Positions 25,149 to 32,000 of a stretch of 32,000 bases of DNA are shown here, in pieces (within the stretch, counting starts at the first letter, position 1; every line of letters begins with the position of its first letter). Origin of the DNA: Candidatus Brocadia sp. (lineage in GTDB: Bacteria; Planctomycetota; Brocadiia; Brocadiales; Brocadiaceae); assembly GCA_021650915.1 (NCBI GenBank), contig CP091279.1, positions 3,840,001 through 3,872,000 on the forward strand, read 5' to 3'. The notes under the pieces are model-generated. The model was not told where the DNA came from. It saw only the letters and a list, made by a program, of their open reading frames with translations, and did not search any database. Position numbers and translations under genes: made by a program.

Positions 25149-25411
25149 GAAGCACAGCATAATGTATTGTAATTAATTTGTCAACACACTAGGTATTTTA
25201 ATTTACGTGGGACAATTCGTGTGGATGTGGAAGGGATGAAAAAGGGGTCAGGGTGTAGTTATTATGGTACTGGGGTGGCAGAGTGAGAGCTGATACCTGA
25301 AAACTGAAGTCAGAATTCGAGCCTTTTGTGGGCTGGACTTGGATAGAGAATATGCAAGCAAGACTTGAGATGGTTGCAAGGATATATAAAATTCAGAAAC
25401 AGATTTTTCGC

Positions 25412-25816
25412 TCAAATCCTGAGCCGGGATATCACCGGGGCATGCTGGAAAAAATAGAGATGTGAATAACAGGAGCAATCCGATGAACCAAAGCCTTTCA
25501 CCGGCGCCGAAGCATCTTTCATCTTTCCGATTTTACGACTCAGAACGCACTCCTTCTTTTTTTCGCCGGCATAGGTATGGACAGAGACGACTCGTCCATA
25601 TGGCAGGAGATAGTCGATGTGCCAGCGAACTTTCTTTTCCCGCTGTAAATGCCTTTTTATCCGGTGCTCCAGGTTGTTTTGTGCACTTCCGACATAGACA
25701 TAAAAACCCGCCGGAAAATCGAAGGTGCCCAGGCGTCCGATCTCCAGAGAAGACCTTTGCAGGACTCGAACAACAAGGCCATATATTCCTTTCTTTAAAA
25801 CGAGAGTTTCTGACAT
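25412..25816 (-). CDS. GIY-YIG superfamily protein, DUF123/Uri-like
   Basis: FYVYVGSAQNNLEHRIKRHLQREKKVRWHIDYLL...ECVLSRKI......VKGFGSSDCSCYSHLYFF matches the DUF123 pattern (YvGSA...l..Ri.RH.....k.WHIDYL...EC......gFGsSDC.C.sHL). I chose the start at MSETLVL (25816); the longer ORF-track N-terminus looks non-coding. Confidence 0.7.
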   Translation of the reverse strand: MSETLVLKKGIYGLVVRVLQRSSLEIGRLGTFDFPAGFYVYVGSAQNNLEHRIKRHLQREKKVRWHIDYLLPYGRVVSVHTYAGEKKKECVLSRKIGKMKDASAPVKGFGSSDCSCYSHLYFFQHAPVISRLRI

Positions 25817-26003
25817 GGAACGTGCCCGGCGTGTAATATTTCGATATTTCCCAACTCGTGCGGGAGATGAGGAATTTGAATCCATGATCAGCACCTGACG
25901 GATGCTGAGTGCATCACATGCTTCGATCTTCCTATAAACTTCAGAGAGACAGTATAAAAAGTTTTCCTCCAAATGAAAAGCAGATATTTTTATGCCCGTT
26001 TTT

Positions 26004-26195
26004 TCAGGTTGTCTTTCGCAGATTCTCGTGCTTCTTTCGCACCTTCTCCTGAAGCACATTCCCCGGCTTGTATAAATTTGCTGCTACTATTCCCAGTGCA
26101 CAATACCTTTTAAATGTATGCAACCCTTTGTTCAGACACCTTCCAAACCGTGATGTTTTAAGCGATTGATGTCCAATTCCACTGCGGAGTGCCAA
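26004..26195 (-). pseudogene. C-terminal remnant of a DDE transposase (IS5/IS1182-like)
   Basis: LRSGIGHQSLKTSRFGRCLNKGLHTFKRYCALGIVAANLYK resembles the conserved C-terminal tail of IS5-group transposases (..IGH.K.....R...KG..........a.NL.k). Nothing upstream of it is recognisable as a transposase. Confidence 0.4.
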
Positions 26196-26220
26196 GTCAC
26201 GTTAAATCCCTAAATATTGT

Positions 26221-26249
26221 TTGACTTATCCATTGTTTTTGATTACATT
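26221..26249 (+). promoter_or_regulatory. Candidate sigma70-type promoter for the ABC operon (TTGACT-17 nt-TACATT)
   Basis: TTGACT at 26221-26226 and TACATT at 26244-26249, about 45 nt upstream of the ABC ATPase ORF. This rests on a sequence match only. Confidence 0.3.
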
Positions 26250-26292
26250 GTTTGAGCATTTATTTCCTACTGGATAAATACCCGCTATTTTA

Positions 26293-27162
26293 TTGAGGTG
26301 GAAGAGTAAGGATTATTTGGATAGTTACGCAATTAGGACAGAAGGACTTACGAAGGTTTATAAGGATTTCTGGCGGCGCAAAAATACCTCTGCCTTAACA
26401 AATCTGAATTTGACGGTCGAAAGGGGAGAAGTATTTGGACTGCTTGGCCCTAATGGATCGGGTAAAACAACCACCGTAAAATTATTACTCGGTCTTCTGT
26501 TTCCCACCAGGGGTAAATCGTGGGTATTGGGCTCTCCTTCAGGGGATTTAGCGGTAAAGAGAAAAATCGGTTTTTTACCTGAGGAATCGTATTTATACAA
26601 ATTTCTTACGGCAGAAGAAATTCTGGATTTTTACGCAAAGCTCTTTGATATCGAAAAAAATGAAAGAAAACGGCGGATTGATGCACTTATCCGGGAGGTA
26701 CGGTTGGACCATGTCCGTAAACGGCCGTTACGTCAATATTCAAAGGGAATGTTGCGGAGGATAGGACTTGCGCAGGCCCTGATTAACGATCCTGAGTTGG
26801 TGATCCTGGATGAGCCGACGAGTGGTTTGGACCCCATTGGCAGTCGTGAGATGAAGGACATGATTCTGGGATTTAAACGGCAGGGTAAGACGGTTGTCCT
26901 GTGCTCACACTTGCTGGCTGATGTACAAGACGTTTGTGACCGGATTGCCATCTTCAACAAAGGTGTGTTGCAGGTGACGGGAACGGTAAAAGAGTTGTTA
27001 TCTCAAAACGATGCCATTGAATTCGTCGTAAGAAATCTTTCCCGCGAGGACATTCAGGCGGTGAAGGCCTTTGTTGAGAGCAGAAAGGGGAGCGTGGTAT
27101 CCATTGATCATCCGTCATCTACCCTGGAAGATTTATTTATAAGCATTATTCAACATCGCTAA
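26293..27162 (+). CDS. ABC transporter ATP-binding protein (ABC-2 / exporter-type)
   Basis: Walker A is GPNGSGKTT, the signature-like segment is YSKGMLRRIGLAQAL, Walker B is LVILDEPTSGLDP, and the H-loop is CSHLL. The start is uncertain: TTG at 26293 or TTG at 26317. Confidence 0.9.
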   Translation: MRWKSKDYLDSYAIRTEGLTKVYKDFWRRKNTSALTNLNLTVERGEVFGLLGPNGSGKTTTVKLLLGLLFPTRGKSWVLGSPSGDLAVKRKIGFLPEESYLYKFLTAEEILDFYAKLFDIEKNERKRRIDALIREVRLDHVRKRPLRQYSKGMLRRIGLAQALINDPELVILDEPTSGLDPIGSREMKDMILGFKRQGKTVVLCSHLLADVQDVCDRIAIFNKGVLQVTGTVKELLSQNDAIEFVVRNLSREDIQAVKAFVESRKGSVVSIDHPSSTLEDLFISIIQHR

Positions 27163-27188
27163 CCGGCAGTTCTTTTCTGTACGCGCTG

Positions 27189-28469
27189 ATGATACGAACC
27201 CTTGCTATCCATACCCTTCGAGAGTCACTTCGAAAGAAAACACTCCATGTCCTCATCGGGCTTAGTATCTTCATCATGCTTGTTTTACCAGCGATTCCAA
27301 CGACTGATGAACCAGATGCCAGGGTCAAGATGACCCTGGTTGTATTCTTTCAGGTGGTCGTGCTCTTATGCATCAGCGGGGTAATTCTTCTCTCTGCCAC
27401 ATCTTTACCGTATGAAATAGAAGACAAGACGATTTACGGTATTTTATCAAAACCTGTATCACGGCTAAAAATTATTGTGGGTAAGATCACAGGCTTTGCC
27501 CTGTTATCCGCCCTCCTTTTGATAATTTTGGGGCTGTTCAATCTCGTTTTTGTTCAATACCGTGCATCACGTTTGCCGGAAGAGTATCGTGGTATTGTAA
27601 AGGCAAGGCGGGAGTTTGCCGCCTCGCACTTTTCTATTCAAGGTGCCTTACATCACGCACGCCAGGGAATTGTATGGATTAAGGGGGGAAGAACAGGGGT
27701 TGCGCAATGGAGGTTTTCCGATATGAAGAAAATCCCTGAGAATGCTTCTGACTTCGAAGTTGAAGGTAATCTGAAGCTTGAAAGTAGCCGGGGGTTTATT
27801 GAAACGATCCCGTTGGTGGTAAGAGTAGAGGACGAAATTTCCGGTCGCGGGAAAACGGACGTCCTGTTAGCAACGATCGATAAACCATTTGTGTTAAAGA
27901 TAGCGCCTGAAATTATTCAGAAAAATAGCGTCCTGAATATTACCGTTTTTCCCGTCCTTACAACGGACTATCTTGGTGTTACGCAAATGGATGTAAAGGT
28001 ATTTTCGATACAACAAGGGTTTGTGTCGAATTATGGAAAGGCCGTTCTTCTTACCTTTTTGAAATTTTTGCTGATCGTAATTATTGCGGTCATGGGATCA
28101 ACCTATCTTTCGGCTCCGGTGAGCATCGTAGCGGCGTTTGTGGTGTTCTTCTGTGGGCACGTATTAGCATTTATCAAAGATTTTTCCTTACTCATTCAAG
28201 ACCATCATGCGCATGAACATGCCGTGCCGGGTGCGCTCAAAGCCCCCAATGTCCTTCTGGTGTATATGGACTATCTCATCAAAAAGCCGTTGGAATGGAT
28301 CTGCTTTATTTTGCCTGATTTTACAAGGTTTGACAGCTTGAAATTTCTTTTGCAAGGCATAAACATCCCTGGTGAAAGCGTGGGGATTTCTTTTGGATAT
28401 ACTGCCGTATATGCCGGCGTGTGCCTTTTTCTATCCGCTGTTATCCTAAAAAAAAGAGAGTTTTTCTAA
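27189..28469 (+). CDS. ABC-2-like membrane permease with a large extracytoplasmic insertion
   Basis: The N-terminus MIRTLAIHTLRESLRKKTLHVLIGL is typical of ABC-2/NosY-type permeases. TM helices lie at both ends, around a soluble segment of about 150 aa (residues about 125-280). It sits directly after the ATPase. Confidence 0.65.
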   Translation: MIRTLAIHTLRESLRKKTLHVLIGLSIFIMLVLPAIPTTDEPDARVKMTLVVFFQVVVLLCISGVILLSATSLPYEIEDKTIYGILSKPVSRLKIIVGKITGFALLSALLLIILGLFNLVFVQYRASRLPEEYRGIVKARREFAASHFSIQGALHHARQGIVWIKGGRTGVAQWRFSDMKKIPENASDFEVEGNLKLESSRGFIETIPLVVRVEDEISGRGKTDVLLATIDKPFVLKIAPEIIQKNSVLNITVFPVLTTDYLGVTQMDVKVFSIQQGFVSNYGKAVLLTFLKFLLIVIIAVMGSTYLSAPVSIVAAFVVFFCGHVLAFIKDFSLLIQDHHAHEHAVPGALKAPNVLLVYMDYLIKKPLEWICFILPDFTRFDSLKFLLQGINIPGESVGISFGYTAVYAGVCLFLSAVILKKREFF

Positions 28470-28472
28470 ACC

Positions 28473-29288
28473 TTGGGACGCCGAAAGAGGAACGTTTTTT
28501 TACTGGTGTTGTTGTGCGGTATTTTTTTCGTTAATGTATGGATTGCTTCTTTCCGTAACACATCGGAAACTGATGTCGTTCGCTATGACCCAACGGAAAG
28601 CATTCCCTTGCTTCTCATGGGAGGATTCAGGGGGATTGCGGTAGATTTTCTGTGGGCAAGGGCTATTGCCCGGCACGAAGAAAAAAAATACTATGAACTC
28701 CTGGCGGTAAACAATCTTATTGCCAAATTGCAACCAAATTTTCCTGCAGTGTGGATTTTTCAGGCATGGAATATGGCATATAACATCGTCAGTGAGTGGG
28801 ATGCGCCGCAGAACAAGTGGAAATGGATATCTACGGGGCTAAACTTCGCAAAGAAAGGGGCGGTAAAAAATCCCGATAGTGGCGACCTCTTCTTTGAACT
28901 GGGGTATATGTATTTTCATTTATTCGATCAGCGGTTTTTTCCCTATGCATCGTATTACCGGGAACAATTAAAGACGGAATTGGGCGAAGATAATTACGAG
29001 GAGTCTCTTTATTGGTTACGGCAGTCTCTTGTGCATAAGCAGAAATTACGGAATACGTTAGCCGTGGAAAGAACCATTGGCCATGTCTTGTGGCGTGCGG
29101 CATTATGTTTTGAAACGGAAGGCGACATTGACAAGGCGCTCCACTATGCTGAATCAGCCGTGGAAGAATGGAATGGGTATCAAATGAATCATCCGGAAGA
29201 TGTTTCGATCAACGTAGAAGAATTGATTCGCATAATGAAGGAGAAAAAGGCCTTTCTCCAGGGGATATCAAAAAAAAATACGTGGTAG
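28473..29288 (+). CDS. Membrane-anchored helical protein of unknown function
   Basis: 271 aa. The TTG start lies 4 nt after the permease stop. An N-terminal TM anchor is followed by LLMGGFRGIAVDFLWARA...LQPNFPAVWIFQAWNMAYNI, an aromatic-rich helical-repeat-like region. I cannot name a family. Confidence 0.55.
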   Translation: MGRRKRNVFLLVLLCGIFFVNVWIASFRNTSETDVVRYDPTESIPLLLMGGFRGIAVDFLWARAIARHEEKKYYELLAVNNLIAKLQPNFPAVWIFQAWNMAYNIVSEWDAPQNKWKWISTGLNFAKKGAVKNPDSGDLFFELGYMYFHLFDQRFFPYASYYREQLKTELGEDNYEESLYWLRQSLVHKQKLRNTLAVERTIGHVLWRAALCFETEGDIDKALHYAESAVEEWNGYQMNHPEDVSINVEELIRIMKEKKAFLQGISKKNTW

Positions 29289-29342
29289 GAAAGTTATGGG
29301 GAATCGTATAACTTAACAATTAGAAAACAGAAAGGAGAATGA

Positions 29343-31778
29343 TTGAACTTGATGAAAAGTTTTTTACGTAAACCGATTTTTAAAAATAACCAGGTTAGCA
29401 TTGTCATGATACTTTTAATGCTAACAATCCTGATTCTTGGGGTATCAAAGTCAGGATTATTGTCTCCCAGCGCACATGCGCAGGGGGCAGGGAAGAGCGG
29501 TGAAGAGAGACCGCAGTTTGAACTCGGGGAATCCGCTCAAAAAGAAAGACCTCTGTTTGCACTGGACGGAGCGGTCCATAAGGAAATGGCGGACACATCG
29601 GATACTATACCCAAATTGTGGTGGATTGCGCCGGTCGGAGCCCTGTTCGCCCTTTTTTATGCACGGAAATTTTACCGGGAAGTCATGAAATCGCCTGATG
29701 GCAACGATACCATGAAATTGATCGCCGGGCATGTCAGAGAAGGCGCCTATGCCTATCTGAAACAACAATACAAGGTTGTCGGCATCTTCTTTGTTGGCGC
29801 ATTCCTTGTGCTTCTTTTCATCTCCTTTGGATTGCATGCCCAATCAAAGGTAGTTCCTTTTGCATTTCTCTCCAGCGGCTTTTTGTCTGGCCTTGCCGGT
29901 TTCCTCGGGATGAAGACCGCCACCAGCGCAAGCTCCAGGACTGCAGAGGGTGCGCGGAAATCGCTGAACCAGGGACTCCAGGTTGCATTCAGAAGCGGCG
30001 CCGTCATGGGGCTTATTGTGGTAGGTATGGGGCTCCTTGATATTTCTCTCTGGTTCTTTGTGTTCCGCAAATTTACCAGCATTTCGCTGCTTGATATGGC
30101 TATGATGCTGCCGTGTTTTGGCATCGGCGCAAGCTCTCAGGCCTTGTTTGCCAGGGTAGGTGGTGGGATATTCACCAAGGCTGCCGATGTAGGAGCTGAT
30201 CTGGTGGGTAAAGTGGAGGCAGGCATTCCCGAAGACGATCCAAGAAATCCCGCCACGATTGCCGACAACGTCGGTGACAACGTTGGCGACGTAGCAGGGA
30301 TGGGCGCTGACTTGTATGAATCGTACTATAATTCCATGCTGGCCTGCGCGGCGCTGGGGGTAACTGCCGGTCTTGGCATCGCCGGTATGGTGGTGCCGAT
30401 GATTCTGGCGGGGCTTGGCATATTCCTCTCCATTATCGGAATTTATGCGGTTAAAACAAAGGAAGAGGCATCCCAAAAAGAACTCCTGAAGGCGCTGGGA
30501 AAAGGCATCAACCTCAGCTCTGTCCTGATCTTGATTTCCTCAGCTGTGGTGATCAAGTATATGCTGCCCCAGAATTTTGGCATCTGGGGTTCGATTGTGA
30601 CCGGATTGATAGCGGGCGTTATAGTCGGTAAGGGTACCGAATACTATACCTCTTCCAATTATTCGCCGACCAAGGGCATTGCCGGAAATGCAAAGACAGG
30701 CCCGGCAACGGTCATTATCGACGGTATTGCCACGGGCATGATGTCTACCATTATCCCCGTTATTACCATTTCTGCGGCGATTTTATTAAGTTATGCCTTT
30801 GCAGGCGGTTTTTCAAATATTTCACTTGGTCTTTACGGGATTGCCATTGCAGCAGTGGGTATGCTTTCCACTCTGGGATTAACCTTGGCAACGGATGCTT
30901 ACGGGCCTATTGCCGATAATGCCGGTGGTAATGCAGAAATGAGCGGTCTTGAACCCTATGTCAGGGAAAGGACGGATGCACTCGATGCATTAGGAAATAC
31001 CACGGCAGCAACCGGAAAAGGTTTTGCCATCGGTTCTGCTGCGCTCACGGCCATGGCCCTGATCGCCTCCTTTGTTGAACAAATAAAAGTGGGATTGGAA
31101 CGATCGGGGACGACGGTTATTCAGGTTGCCGGAACATCGATTAATTTGGCCAGTGCAAAATTATCTGATCTGATGGGTTACCTGGATGTTACCTTGATTA
31201 ACCCCAAGGTGCTCATCGGTTTATTTATTGGCGGTATGGCGTCGTTTGTATTCAGCGCTATGACGATGAAGGCGGTGGGGCGTGCCGCAGGAAGTATGGT
31301 GGAAGAGGTGCGAAGGCAATTTAGAGAAATCGCGGGGATCATGGAAGGAACCGGCAAACCAGACTATGCAGCCTGTGTGGCGATCAGCACCAAAGGAGCG
31401 CAGCGTGAGATGTTTGTGCCTGCCCTTCTCGCCTTACTGGTACCAATTGTTACCGGCTTGATTTTAGGTGTCCCCGGAGTTGTAGGCCTTTTAGCGGGAA
31501 GCTTAACGGTAGGGTTCCTGCTGGCAGTCTTTATGGCCAATGCAGGCGGCGCCTGGGATAACGCGAAAAAGTATATTGAAAGCGGCATCCTGGGCGGAAA
31601 GGGTTCGCCGGCGCATAAGGCTGCAGTCGTTGGCGATACGGTGGGAGACCCCTTCAAAGACACATCAGGTCCGTCTTTGAATATCCTGCTGAAACTCATG
31701 TCAATTGTGTCGGTTGTCTTTGCGGGCATTATCATCAAATTTTCACCCAAAATAGGCGCCCTTTTGCACCTTCACTAG
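29343..31778 (+). CDS. hppA: Membrane-bound proton/sodium-translocating pyrophosphatase
   Basis: Carries the M-PPase motifs GGGIFTKAADVGADLVGKVE, DNVGDNVGD, DAYGPIADNAGG, GNTTAATGKGFAIGSA, GGAWDNAKKYIE and VGDTVGDPFKDTSGPS. The start is either TTG at 29343 or ATG at 29352. Confidence 0.93.
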   Translation: MNLMKSFLRKPIFKNNQVSIVMILLMLTILILGVSKSGLLSPSAHAQGAGKSGEERPQFELGESAQKERPLFALDGAVHKEMADTSDTIPKLWWIAPVGALFALFYARKFYREVMKSPDGNDTMKLIAGHVREGAYAYLKQQYKVVGIFFVGAFLVLLFISFGLHAQSKVVPFAFLSSGFLSGLAGFLGMKTATSASSRTAEGARKSLNQGLQVAFRSGAVMGLIVVGMGLLDISLWFFVFRKFTSISLLDMAMMLPCFGIGASSQALFARVGGGIFTKAADVGADLVGKVEAGIPEDDPRNPATIADNVGDNVGDVAGMGADLYESYYNSMLACAALGVTAGLGIAGMVVPMILAGLGIFLSIIGIYAVKTKEEASQKELLKALGKGINLSSVLILISSAVVIKYMLPQNFGIWGSIVTGLIAGVIVGKGTEYYTSSNYSPTKGIAGNAKTGPATVIIDGIATGMMSTIIPVITISAAILLSYAFAGGFSNISLGLYGIAIAAVGMLSTLGLTLATDAYGPIADNAGGNAEMSGLEPYVRERTDALDALGNTTAATGKGFAIGSAALTAMALIASFVEQIKVGLERSGTTVIQVAGTSINLASAKLSDLMGYLDVTLINPKVLIGLFIGGMASFVFSAMTMKAVGRAAGSMVEEVRRQFREIAGIMEGTGKPDYAACVAISTKGAQREMFVPALLALLVPIVTGLILGVPGVVGLLAGSLTVGFLLAVFMANAGGAWDNAKKYIESGILGGKGSPAHKAAVVGDTVGDPFKDTSGPSLNILLKLMSIVSVVFAGIIIKFSPKIGALLHLH

Positions 31779-31810
31779 AAAGGCTAACCATCGGAAATAC
31801 TGTGAAATGG

Positions 31811-31838
31811 GTAGGGGCGAACATCTGTTCGCCCCTGC
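31811..31838. repeat. 28-nt GC-rich palindromic element (GTAGGGGCGAACATCTGTTCGCCCCTGC) downstream of hppA; possible terminator or REP-like element
   Basis: The arms are perfectly complementary and 11 nt long: AGGGGCGAACA / TGTTCGCCCCT. It lies 33 nt after the hppA stop and has no following T-tract. It shares its length and arm ends with 4930-4957. Confidence 0.5.
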
Positions 31839-31888
31839 CGGATGCTGTGGTCAATGTCTGAAAATACCCTTATCAATGGGAGGTAGTT

Positions 31889-32000
31889 ATGTCCGATCAG
31901 ATTCTTACAGAAAGGGATGACAGGGTATGCCCAAATACGAATTGTCAATATGACAATCATGTAAAAGGCGCAAATTTCTGCATCCTGTGCGGCACGCTTT
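31889..32000 (+). CDS. Zinc-ribbon-containing protein, N-terminal fragment (continues beyond the window)
   Basis: The ATG is preceded by GGGAGG. It translates to MSDQILTERDDRVCPNTNCQYDNHVKGANFCILCGTL, with CPxxxC ... CxxCG spacing typical of a zinc ribbon. Confidence 0.45.
   Translation, partial: MSDQILTERDDRVCPNTNCQYDNHVKGANFCILCGTL

Larger units (their letters stand above)
24029..25189 (-). mobile_element. IS630-family insertion sequence (1161 bp) with TA flanks and imperfect terminal inverted repeats
   Basis: The left end is GTATTACAACAAATTAATTAC. The reverse complement of the right end is GTGTGTTGACAAATTAATTAC, sharing a 13-bp perfect core ACAAATTAATTAC. A TA dinucleotide is present on both sides (24027-28 and 25190-91). 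It encodes an HTH and a DDE_3 transposase in two frames. Confidence 0.85.

Noticed and set aside
25192-25411. I looked here for a fifth attC site or the 3' half of the NERD gene, right of the IS.
   Set aside because: No RYYYAAC...GTT palindrome is present, and no frame continues the NERD motif (expected G.f.IE.K). I therefore do not extend the cassette array past the IS.
25817-26059. The N-terminal 81 aa of the 215-aa ORF containing the DUF123 domain.
   Set aside because: The segment (MCFRRRCERSTRICERQPEK...) has no similarity to the family. DUF123 proteins are about 130-150 aa, and the internal Met at MSETLVL fits the expected length.
1-32000. I scanned for CRISPR arrays, rRNA, tRNA, and diversity-generating or retron-type elements.
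   Set aside because: I saw no regularly spaced direct repeats, no rRNA-like conserved blocks, no cloverleaf candidates and no reverse transcriptase ORF. A by-eye scan can miss small RNAs.

Overview
This window is a chromosomal segment from a Gram-negative-type bacterium with moderate-to-low GC. Gene content and protein style look Planctomycetota/anammox-like, but that is a low-confidence impression. The window has three parts.

(1) 1-18.7 kb is housekeeping. It holds a gmk tail, coaC, dut, ftsK, rimO and pgsA; then trmO and dsbD; a complete mlaEFDC-mlaA lipid-trafficking operon; plsY; an LPS kinase divergent from a GT9 heptosyltransferase; and a polyprenyl synthase, tatA and an MBL-fold hydrolase.

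(2) 18.8-25.2 kb is the stand-out region: a decayed, sedentary chromosomal integron. An integron-integrase-like gene on the minus strand is broken by a 133-bp MITE-like insertion, an internal deletion and a frameshift. Divergent from it on the plus strand lie at least five promoterless cassettes, separated by four attC-like imperfect palindromes (RYYYAAC ... GTTnnnn). The cassettes are:
- a small membrane protein
- a GC-rich NmrA-like reductase
- a DUF6883/DUF4926-like two-gene toxin-antitoxin-like pair
- an NfeD + SPFH/stomatin two-gene cassette
- a NERD-like gene cut by an IS630-family element, which has TA flanks, imperfect TIRs and an A8 -1 frameshift site

(3) 25.2-32 kb starts with a decayed stretch holding a DUF123/GIY-YIG-like gene and an IS5-like transposase remnant. 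It continues with an ABC ATPase, an atypical permease and a membrane-anchored helical protein, then a membrane pyrophosphatase with a signal-peptide-like N-terminal extension, and the start of a zinc-ribbon protein.

A second copy of the MITE-like element, with a perfect 10-bp target duplication, sits in the LPS divergent promoter region. I saw no rRNA, tRNA or CRISPR array. All homology calls come from reading motifs in the translations, not from database searches.
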